Shown one piece after another: positions 15,967 through 23,559 of a stretch of 36,110 nt of DNA; the stretch's first letter is position 1; each line of letters opens with the position of its first letter. Source of the stretch: an uncultured Flavobacteriales bacterium. Its GTDB lineage: Bacteria; Bacteroidota; Bacteroidia; Flavobacteriales; UBA7430. Position numbers and translations under genes: made by a program. The stretch is from assembly GCA_913041775.1 (NCBI GenBank), contig CAJWJW010000001.1, positions 1 through 36,110 on the forward strand, in the 5' to 3' direction. The notes below the pieces were generated by a model that made no database searches, was not told where the DNA came from, and saw only the letters and a program-made list of their open reading frames with translations.

Positions 15967-18765
15967 ATGAAAAAGCTCTTTTCGGTACTATCTGCATGTT
16001 TGCTGATAGCCCTCCCCTTACAGGCTCAAATTGAGCCGGCTCAATGCGATTTAGATTTCGATTTTGTGAATACAGGATCTAATATGACCGCATTTTTCAC
16101 CCCACCCGCTGCTGCTTCAATCTATAGTGAATTGGGAGATGGTGTTGTTGGTGCTTTTTATTTAGCCGAAAATGGTGAGTTTGTATGTGCTTCTTCCGCT
16201 ACTTTTACTGGTAATCAGTTGCAGTTAGCTGTAATGGCAAATGATGCAACAACTACAGAAAAAGATGGTTTCAATTCTGGAGAAGCTATAAATTGGTTTT
16301 ATCAATCTACTGATGGCACAAGCTATTCTTTATCTTTAGCTCCATCTGATAATTTTGTTATCAATGCGATGACTTTTATTAATTCATCGGCGTATTCTGA
16401 AATTGATTGTGCCGGTGGTAATGACGGTACTTGTCCACCTTTAGATGTAAACTTTGTGAACACTGGATCTAACATGACTTTATTTCTTACTAGTCCCTCT
16501 TTATTGACAGATTTGGGTAATGGAACAGTTGGTGTTTATTTTATAGACGACAATGGTGTTGAAATTTGTGGAGGGGCTTCTAGTTTTTCAGGAGGACAAG
16601 TTCAAATTGCTGCCATGGGTAATGATGCTACAACAAATGTAAAAGATGGTTTTTCTGCAGGAGAAGCTATTGTTTGGAAATTTGAAAGTAACGATGGTAG
16701 TCAATATAATTTAACTCCAAGTCCACAAGATGTTTTTACTTTAAATGCTACTTCTTTCGTAGTTGGTATGTCTAACGATGCAATATCTTGTTCTGTTGAT
16801 GTCGAAGGCTGTACAGATAATACTTATTTAGAGTACAATTCTAATGCAACTATAGATGATGGTTCGTGTATTTTAGTTGCTATTGCGGGCTGTACAGATT
16901 CAAATTATGTTGAGTATTATGCAAATGCAAATGTAGATGATGGCTCCTGTGTTACAGTGAGTTTAGATGGTTGTACAGATGCAACGGCATGTAATTATAA
17001 TTCAGCTGCAACAACAGAGGATGGTTCTTGTTATAATAATGATTTAGGTTGTGGATGTGATACTCCAGCAGCTGATGATGGTTATGATTGTGATGGAAAT
17101 TGTTTAAATGATGCCGATGGAGATCAAGTATGTGATGAAGATGAAGTAGTTGGCTGTCAAGATCAAGAAGCTGACAACTATGATTTAAGTGCAACAGATA
17201 CAGGATATTGTGAATATGAAGGTTGTACAGATACAAGTTATTTAGAGTATGACTCTAGTGCAAACGTTGATGATGGTTCCTGTACTACTTTAATATCCGA
17301 AGGATGTACAGATTCAAATGCAACCAATTATGATTCTTCAGCTAATACTTCTGATGGCTCATGTGAATATGATTTAATTGGTGCAGGATGTTCAGTAAGT
17401 TTTGAAACAACAAATACTGGTTCTAATGCAACAGTATTTCTGACACCAACAGCTGTAGAAGGTACGCCTCTATCATTAGGAGATAATATAGGTGTGTTCT
17501 ATGTTTCAGAAGATGGAAGTGCGCACTGCGCAGGTTCTACTCAGTGGACAGGAGGTGCTGTTCAGATTGCAGCCTATGGAGATGATACAACAACAGATGA
17601 GATAGATGGTTTAAGTTCGGGTGCACCTTTGTTGCTACTTGCTCAATCTGGAGATGATGTATATTTAGTATCAGCCTCTTATGAGACACCAAGTATGTCA
17701 ACATTTGCTATTAACGGTATTTCATTTGTTGTAGGCTTAGATTTTGAATCAGCTTGTACAGTAGAATATTTTGGTTGTACAGATCTGAATGCCTGTAACT
17801 ATGATCTCTCAGCAAATACAGATAACGGTTCTTGTTCATATCCAGAAGAATATTATAACTGTGTAGGTTCTTGTCTTAGTGATTTTGATGAGGATGGTAT
17901 TTGTGATGCTCTTGAATTAGGAGGGTGTACTGATATTACTGCTTCAAATTATGACTCTTCAGCAACGGAAGATGATCTTTCGTGTATTTCGTGGGAAGAT
18001 GCTTACAATTCTTGTGTAGAATCCGGAGGAGATGATGGTGTTTCTCAATCTGATGTAGATGCCGTACAAGCTTTACTAGATGCAATTGTTCCTGAAGACG
18101 GTGTTTCTCAATCTGATGTAGATGCCGTACAAGCTTTACTAGATGCAATTGTGCCAGAAGATGGTGTTTCTCAATCTGATGTAGATGCAGTTCAAGCTTT
18201 ATTAGATGCTATTGTGCCAGAAGACGGTATTACTCAAGCTGATCTAAATGCAGCAAATTCAACTATTTCTTTATTGCAAACTCAATTAGATGAAGCTTTA
18301 GGTAATACAGGATCTTCGTGTGATCCAATTTATGTTGATTTACTAGCTGGATGGAATATAATTGGGTTTACTTTAAACTCAAGTCAAGACGTTGTTGCTA
18401 CCCTGGATCCTATTGTAGATGCTGTACAAATTGTTAAAAACAATGCTGCCAATGTTTATTGGCCAGAGTACGGGTTTAATGGTATTGGAGACTTTATTCC
18501 TGGGCAAGGTTATCAAATCAGAATGTATAATGAGGTTTCTGATTATACATTCCCTGATACTGATGGTCAACGAATGAATTTAAATTTAACAGTTCCTTCA
18601 TATGTGTATGATTTACCTATTTTAAATCATCCAAATGATATAAAATCTCTTGTACGTGTAGTAAATATGTTAGGTCAAGAAGTGAGTCCTGATGAACAAT
18701 TTAAGGGTACGATTTTATTGTATTTATTTAACGATGGTAGTACAGAAAAAAGAATCGTAGAGTAA
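15967..18765 (+). CDS. Giant modular secreted protein, paralog 2. Order: signal peptide, 2 NTGSNMT modules, 6 Cys repeats plus a TSP3-like motif, a third module, 2 Cys repeats plus a TSP3-like motif, 3x21-aa tandem repeat stalk, conserved C-terminal domain
   Basis: The ORF is open from TTG 15961. ATG 15967 (MKKLFSVLSACLLIALPLQAQ) is the likely start. Same module order as paralogs 1 and 3. Confidence 0.9.
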   Translation: MKKLFSVLSACLLIALPLQAQIEPAQCDLDFDFVNTGSNMTAFFTPPAAASIYSELGDGVVGAFYLAENGEFVCASSATFTGNQLQLAVMANDATTTEKDGFNSGEAINWFYQSTDGTSYSLSLAPSDNFVINAMTFINSSAYSEIDCAGGNDGTCPPLDVNFVNTGSNMTLFLTSPSLLTDLGNGTVGVYFIDDNGVEICGGASSFSGGQVQIAAMGNDATTNVKDGFSAGEAIVWKFESNDGSQYNLTPSPQDVFTLNATSFVVGMSNDAISCSVDVEGCTDNTYLEYNSNATIDDGSCILVAIAGCTDSNYVEYYANANVDDGSCVTVSLDGCTDATACNYNSAATTEDGSCYNNDLGCGCDTPAADDGYDCDGNCLNDADGDQVCDEDEVVGCQDQEADNYDLSATDTGYCEYEGCTDTSYLEYDSSANVDDGSCTTLISEGCTDSNATNYDSSANTSDGSCEYDLIGAGCSVSFETTNTGSNATVFLTPTAVEGTPLSLGDNIGVFYVSEDGSAHCAGSTQWTGGAVQIAAYGDDTTTDEIDGLSSGAPLLLLAQSGDDVYLVSASYETPSMSTFAINGISFVVGLDFESACTVEYFGCTDLNACNYDLSANTDNGSCSYPEEYYNCVGSCLSDFDEDGICDALELGGCTDITASNYDSSATEDDLSCISWEDAYNSCVESGGDDGVSQSDVDAVQALLDAIVPEDGVSQSDVDAVQALLDAIVPEDGVSQSDVDAVQALLDAIVPEDGITQADLNAANSTISLLQTQLDEALGNTGSSCDPIYVDLLAGWNIIGFTLNSSQDVVATLDPIVDAVQIVKNNAANVYWPEYGFNGIGDFIPGQGYQIRMYNEVSDYTFPDTDGQRMNLNLTVPSYVYDLPILNHPNDIKSLVRVVNMLGQEVSPDEQFKGTILLYLFNDGSTEKRIVE
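18037..18225 (+). repeat. Three tandem 63-nt coding repeats, each encoding GVSQSDVDAVQALLDAIVPED
   Basis: Copies at 18037, 18100 and 18163. By my alignment all 8 nucleotide differences between copies are synonymous. A degenerate fourth unit follows at 18226. Confidence 0.95.
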
Positions 18766-18787
18766 TATTATTCATACTAAATTTCTA

Positions 18788-18820
18788 AAGGGCTATGTTT
18801 ATAAAACATAGCCCTTTTTT
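18788..18820 (+). terminator. Rho-independent terminator after paralog 2
   Basis: 11-bp stem gggctatgttt (18790-18800) / aaacatagccc (18804-18814) with loop ata, then T6. Confidence 0.8.
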
Positions 18821-18861
18821 ATGTTTTAACAATTTAGTATTGTAATTTGTATATATAAATG

Positions 18862-18869
18862 TATATTTG
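18862..18869 (+). promoter_or_regulatory. Candidate -7 box TAtaTTTG for paralog 3
   Basis: Exact TAnnTTTG, 35 nt upstream of ATG 18905. Confidence 0.45.
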
Positions 18870-18886
18870 AGGAATACACTGAATAT

Positions 18887-18901
18887 TTAACTAAATCCCC
18901 C
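18887..18901 (+). promoter_or_regulatory. Conserved leader motif TTAACTAAATCCCCC upstream of paralog 3
   Basis: Identical 15-mer to 12361-12375. It ends 3 nt before the start codon. Confidence 0.35.
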
Positions 18902-18904
18902 ATC

Positions 18905-21900
18905 ATGAGAAAAATCTATACTTTTTTCTGTTGTTTGACTTTACTCTTGGCTTCCAGCCAATTGAGTGCCACTAATTTTGATGTCGTAAACACAGGGTCT
19001 AATATGACCGTATTCGTAACTCCAGAGGCAAATATTTCTGGAGACTTTGTAAATGTGACCCAAATTGGTATTTTTTATACTAATGACGCGGGTGAACTTA
19101 CTTGTGCTGGATCGTCTCCTTTTTCAGGAAGCGCACCATTTCAAATTACTGTCTGGGGTACTGAGGCAGCAGAACTTGATAATGGAATGGCTAATGGAGA
19201 AGAGCTAACGTGGTTAGCTCAATCTGACAATGGCTATTTATATGATATCACTCCTTCTTATCAGACTGAGGTAATGAATGTATATGCTTTGAATGCAATT
19301 TCATTTGTAACTGGAATCGATTTTTCTTTAGTTGATTCTTCCGTTATAGAAGGTTGTATGGATGGTCATTACATAGAATACGATGTAAACGCAAATGTTA
19401 ATGTTCAAGCTCTTTGTATTACTTGGAAAGTAACTGGTTGTACTGATGCAGATTATGTAGAATTTAACGAAGATGCTAACTCTGATGATGGATCGTGTGA
19501 GAACTTAGTTCCTACTTGTGATGGTTCTGAAGTAACAATAAATATGTTTGACTCTTATGGAGACGGTGGAGGAAGTGTTACTGTAGGTGACGTTACTGCT
19601 ACTAATGCTGGTGCTGGATCATCAACTATTGCATGTGTAGATTTATCAGCATGTAATGCAGTAGTTTATTTAGCAACTGATACCTATGCATATGAAAATA
19701 GCTGGACTATAACTGACGCATCTGGAGCACTATTAGCAGCAGGTGGAGCAGAAGATGGTTCGTTTGGAGGATGTGTAACAGCATGTACAGATGATACAGC
19801 AACAAACTATAATGCAGATGCAGACATTTCTGACAATGCATTATGTGAGTATGAATTAGTACAAGGATGTACAGAAGCTACCGCTTGTAACTTTGATGCA
19901 ACTGCAGAACAAGATGATGCATCTTGTACTTATGCTGCAGCAGGCTTTGACTGTGACGGAAACTGTATCTCAGGAACACTTGTAACTGTAGACGGTGGAA
20001 ATTATTTAGGAGAAAAATCTTGGACTATTGCAGATTGTGATGGAACAGAATTAGCTGCCGGTGGCGCACCATTTGCTGGATGTGCTGACTTAAGCGGTTC
20101 TTATACAATTAACTTAGTAGATGCATTCGGTGACGGATGGGATGGAACAGTAATGACAATCGGAGAGTCTACTTATACAGTAGAGTCAGGTGCAACAGCA
20201 TCATTCGATATGGGTTGTGTTGTTTTAGGTTGTACAGATGCTACTGCAACAAACTATAATGTAGCTGCTAATACTGATGACGGGTCATGTGACTTTGATG
20301 TTATGGGTTGTACTAACGACCTTGCATGTAACTACGATGTAGCTGCAACTGCTGATAATGGTTCTTGTACTTATGCAGATGCTGGACTTGACTGTGATGG
20401 AAATTCTATAGGTGAGCCTTGTGCTGCTTTAGACTTCTCTTCAGTTAATACTGGATCAAACATGACATTGTTTATTACACCTAATGCTTTAGAAGGACCT
20501 TTATCAATAGGAGACATGATTGGTGTGTTCTATACAAATGATATTGGTAACTTAGTTTGTGCAGGTTCATCATCATGGACTGGGTCTTCAATGCAAGTAA
20601 CTGCATGGGGAGACGATTCTTCTGCAGACGGTATAGATGGATACAACGCAGGAGATGAGCTAGTATGGATGGCTCAAACTTCTGGAGGTATTTATAATAT
20701 TTCTAGTTCATATTCTAATGGTGAAGGAACATATTCCTTGAATGGAGTGTTGTTTGTCTCTGCTTTAGACTATACTTATTCTTGTACAGGTAATGCAGCT
20801 TCAGGTTGTACTGATGCAACTGCTTTAAATTACAGTCCAAACGCTATTGTAGATGATGGATCTTGTATCGCTACAATTGAAGGTTGTATGGATGGTCATT
20901 ACATAGAATACGATGTAAACGCAAATGTTAATGTTCAAGCTCTTTGTATTACTTGGAAAGTAACTGGTTGTACTGATGCAGATTATGTAGAATTTAACGA
21001 AGATGCTAACTCTGATGATGGATCGTGTGAGAACTTAGTTCCTACTTGTGATGGTTCTGAAGTAACAATAAATATGTTTGACTCTTATGGAGACGGTGGA
21101 GGAAGTGTTACTGTAGGTGACGTTACTGCTACTAATGCTGGTGCTGGATCATCAACTATTGCATGTGTAGATTTATCAGCATGTAATGCAGTAGTTTATT
21201 TAGCAACTGATACCTATGCATATGAAAATAGCTGGACTATAACTGACGCATCTGGAGCACTATTAGCAGCAGGTGGAGCAGAAGATGGTTCGTTTGGAGG
21301 ATGTGTAACAGCATGTACAGATGATACAGCAACAAACTATAATGCAGATGCAGACATTTCTGACAATGCATTATGTGAGTATGAATTAGTACAAGGATGT
21401 ACAGAAGCTACCGCTTGTAACTTTGATGCAACTGCAGAACAAGATGATGCATCTTGTACTTATGCTGCAGCAGGCTTTGACTGTGACGGAAACTGTATCT
21501 CAGGAACACTTGTAACTGTAGACGGTGGAAATTATTTAGGAGAAAAATCTTGGACTATTGCAGATTGTGATGGAACAGAATTAGCTGCCGGTGGCGCACC
21601 ATTTGCTGGATGTGCTGACTTAAGCGGTTCTTATACAATTAACTTAGTAGATGCATTCGGTGACGGATGGGATGGAACAGTAATGACAATCGGAGAGTCT
21701 ACTTATACAGTAGAGTCAGGTGCAACAGCATCATTCGATATGGGTTGTGTTGTTTTAGGTTGTACAGATGCTACTGCAACAAACTATAATGTAGCTGCTA
21801 ATACTGATGACGGGTCATGTGAGTATGCTGTTCTAGGTTGTACTGATCTTACTGCTTCTAATTATAACGGTGAAGCAACTGATGATGATGGTTCGTGTAT

Positions 21901-22903
21901 TTCGTGGCTAGATGTTGCTACTGGTTTACAAGCTGATTTAGATTACACAAATGCTGCAATTGTTGAAGCTCAAACTTCACTAGATGCCGCTCTTGTTGCA
22001 ATTTCTGAAATGGAAGCTTTAGGATCTCAGTATTTAGCTGAATATCTTGCTGCTGTAGAAGCTGCTTCATATGCACAAGGTCAGTTAGATGATGCTCTTG
22101 CTAATGTGTCAGACTTAGAAGCTCAATTAGAAACTGCTATGGCAAACCAAGAAGATGGTATATCTCAAGCAGATTTAGATGCTCAAGCCGATTTATCTTA
22201 TGGATATGGTTACGACTTGGGTTACTCTGACGGTGAAGCTTCTGTAACACCAGAAGATGGTATATCTCAAGCTGATGTAGATGCTCAAGCCGATTTATCT
22301 TATGGATATGGTTACGGTGATGGTGCAGCTTCTGTAACACCAGAAGATGGTATATCTCAAGTAGATGTAGATGTTGCTGTAAGTGCTGCAGATCTTATCT
22401 CAGGAGGAATTATTGCTGACTTACAAGCTGAATTAGATGATGCTCTAGCTAATTCTTGCGCTCCTATATATGTTGATATTGTGGATGGATGGAATATCTT
22501 AGGATATACATTGTCTTATGAGCAAGATGTAGTTGCTACACTTTCTTCAATAGAAGTGTCAATTGCTATTGTTAAAGATAATAATGCAAATGTGTACTGG
22601 CCTGAGTTTGGCTTTAATGGTATAGGAAACTTTATTCCTGGTCAAGGTTACCAGATTAAAACATTCTCTGCAATTGAAGGCTATACATGGCCAAATACAA
22701 ATGGTGAGCGTATCGAAATGTCTCCAACAGTACCTCAATGGGCTGCTAATATGGAAGCTGATGTTCATCCAAACGATATTCGTTCACTTGTAAAAGTGGT
22801 GAATATGTTAGGTCAAGAAGTAAATGTTCAAGATCAATTTAAAGGTGAAGTTGTATTGTATTTATACAATGACGGAACTGTAGAAAAGAAAATTGTTCAA
22901 TAA
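18905..22903 (+). CDS. Giant modular secreted protein, paralog 3. Order: signal peptide, NTGSNMT module, duplicated block of Cys repeats plus GDG/SW modules, second NTGSNMT module, second copy of the block, helical segment, tandem acidic repeats, conserved C-terminal domain
   Basis: 1332 aa uninterrupted ORF. Signal peptide MRKIYTFFCCLTLLLASSQLSA. Shares N-terminal module, Cys repeats and C-terminal domain with paralogs 1 and 2. Confidence 0.9.
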   Translation: MRKIYTFFCCLTLLLASSQLSATNFDVVNTGSNMTVFVTPEANISGDFVNVTQIGIFYTNDAGELTCAGSSPFSGSAPFQITVWGTEAAELDNGMANGEELTWLAQSDNGYLYDITPSYQTEVMNVYALNAISFVTGIDFSLVDSSVIEGCMDGHYIEYDVNANVNVQALCITWKVTGCTDADYVEFNEDANSDDGSCENLVPTCDGSEVTINMFDSYGDGGGSVTVGDVTATNAGAGSSTIACVDLSACNAVVYLATDTYAYENSWTITDASGALLAAGGAEDGSFGGCVTACTDDTATNYNADADISDNALCEYELVQGCTEATACNFDATAEQDDASCTYAAAGFDCDGNCISGTLVTVDGGNYLGEKSWTIADCDGTELAAGGAPFAGCADLSGSYTINLVDAFGDGWDGTVMTIGESTYTVESGATASFDMGCVVLGCTDATATNYNVAANTDDGSCDFDVMGCTNDLACNYDVAATADNGSCTYADAGLDCDGNSIGEPCAALDFSSVNTGSNMTLFITPNALEGPLSIGDMIGVFYTNDIGNLVCAGSSSWTGSSMQVTAWGDDSSADGIDGYNAGDELVWMAQTSGGIYNISSSYSNGEGTYSLNGVLFVSALDYTYSCTGNAASGCTDATALNYSPNAIVDDGSCIATIEGCMDGHYIEYDVNANVNVQALCITWKVTGCTDADYVEFNEDANSDDGSCENLVPTCDGSEVTINMFDSYGDGGGSVTVGDVTATNAGAGSSTIACVDLSACNAVVYLATDTYAYENSWTITDASGALLAAGGAEDGSFGGCVTACTDDTATNYNADADISDNALCEYELVQGCTEATACNFDATAEQDDASCTYAAAGFDCDGNCISGTLVTVDGGNYLGEKSWTIADCDGTELAAGGAPFAGCADLSGSYTINLVDAFGDGWDGTVMTIGESTYTVESGATASFDMGCVVLGCTDATATNYNVAANTDDGSCEYAVLGCTDLTASNYNGEATDDDGSCISWLDVATGLQADLDYTNAAIVEAQTSLDAALVAISEMEALGSQYLAEYLAAVEAASYAQGQLDDALANVSDLEAQLETAMANQEDGISQADLDAQADLSYGYGYDLGYSDGEASVTPEDGISQADVDAQADLSYGYGYGDGAASVTPEDGISQVDVDVAVSAADLISGGIIADLQAELDDALANSCAPIYVDIVDGWNILGYTLSYEQDVVATLSSIEVSIAIVKDNNANVYWPEFGFNGIGNFIPGQGYQIKTFSAIEGYTWPNTNGERIEMSPTVPQWAANMEADVHPNDIRSLVKVVNMLGQEVNVQDQFKGEVVLYLYNDGTVEKKIVQ
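19349..20292 (+). repeat. Copy 1 of a 944-bp perfect direct repeat inside paralog 3
   Basis: Line-by-line comparison with 20879-21822 (offset exactly 1530 nt, i.e. 510 codons) showed no mismatch. Confidence 0.93.
20879..21822 (+). repeat. Copy 2 of the 944-bp perfect direct repeat inside paralog 3
   Basis: Identical to 19349-20292 and in the same reading frame. Identity ends at the codon gac/gag (D463 versus E973). Confidence 0.93.
22151..22342 (+). repeat. Tandem coding repeats of 102 and 90 nt (EDGISQAD[LV]DAQADLSYGYGY...ASVTP), with a partial third unit from 22343
   Basis: Units start at 22151, 22253 and 22343. They are near-identical apart from one internal indel. Confidence 0.9.
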
Positions 22904-22920
22904 ATTATTTTCTGATAATC

Positions 22921-22953
22921 AAAAGCCTCTTCTGAAAAGAAGAGGCTTTTTTT
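22921..22953 (+). terminator. Rho-independent terminator after paralog 3
   Basis: 8-bp stem gcctcttc (22925-22932) / gaagaggc (22939-22946) with loop tgaaaa, then T7. Confidence 0.8.
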
Positions 22954-22995
22954 ATGCTTAAACCTTAATGTACTTGTACCTTTTAGATAGATTAT

Positions 22996-23003
22996 TATCT
23001 TTG
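22996..23003 (+). promoter_or_regulatory. Candidate -7 box TAtcTTTG for the DUF4199-GT2-GT4 genes
   Basis: Exact TAnnTTTG, 18 nt upstream of ATG 23022. Confidence 0.4.
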
Positions 23004-23021
23004 TTCTAAACAATATTAAAT

Positions 23022-23555
23022 ATGTCTGAAGAATTAAAACAACATGTGCTTAAAAATGGATTAAGCCTTGGAGCAATATTAGTTGCCATTACTACAATTA
23101 CTTATATTGGAGGTCCTGAATTACTAACGAATTATGCTGTATCTATCAGTTCATTTGTTTTAATGATCGCTTTCCCTATTTATCACACTCGTAGATTTAG
23201 ATCTTTAAATGATGGCTTTATAAGCTTCAGAGATGCATTTACCTCTTGTACGGGTATCTTAATTGCTGCAGGCTTTATAAATACCTTTGCGAGTATTCTT
23301 CTTTACAATATAATCGATCCAGATTTTGGTCTTGAGGTTATTGATGCTATTATTAATAAAACAGTTTCTCAATTAGAAAGTATAGGAGCAGAGGAGTCTA
23401 TAATTGAAGCAACAATAAAGAACTTGGAGGAAGGTTCTAGTTTTGATGCACTTAATATGTTTAAGGGCTTCATCTTCTCTATAGTCTTTTATACCGTATT
23501 TGGTCTTTTAGTTGCAGCTTTCACTAAGAACGAAAATCAACAACTTAGCGAGTAA
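23022..23555 (+). CDS. DUF4199-family membrane protein
   Basis: 177 aa with four predicted TM helices and an ISFRDAF motif. It sits upstream of a GT2 gene, as in many Bacteroidota (recollection, not searched). Confidence 0.65.
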   Translation: MSEELKQHVLKNGLSLGAILVAITTITYIGGPELLTNYAVSISSFVLMIAFPIYHTRRFRSLNDGFISFRDAFTSCTGILIAAGFINTFASILLYNIIDPDFGLEVIDAIINKTVSQLESIGAEESIIEATIKNLEEGSSFDALNMFKGFIFSIVFYTVFGLLVAAFTKNENQQLSE

Positions 23556-23559
23556 TTAA

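Noticed and set aside
18037-18225. Short tandem repeats (here and at 22151-22378) as a CRISPR-like array.
   Set aside because: The units are directly adjacent with no unique spacers. They are in frame within a long ORF, their lengths are multiples of 3, and there are no cas genes in the window.
19349-21822. The 944-bp direct repeats as a mobile element, composite transposon or diversity-generating retroelement (template/variable repeat pair).
   Set aside because: There is no transposase, reverse transcriptase or inverted ends. Both copies are in-frame coding sequence of one ORF. They are identical, rather than showing the adenine-specific differences expected of a DGR.
8818-22903. The central 14 kb as a horizontally acquired genomic island.
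   Set aside because: There is no integrase, IS element, tRNA or flanking direct repeats. Base composition and promoter/terminator style look the same as in the flanking core genes.
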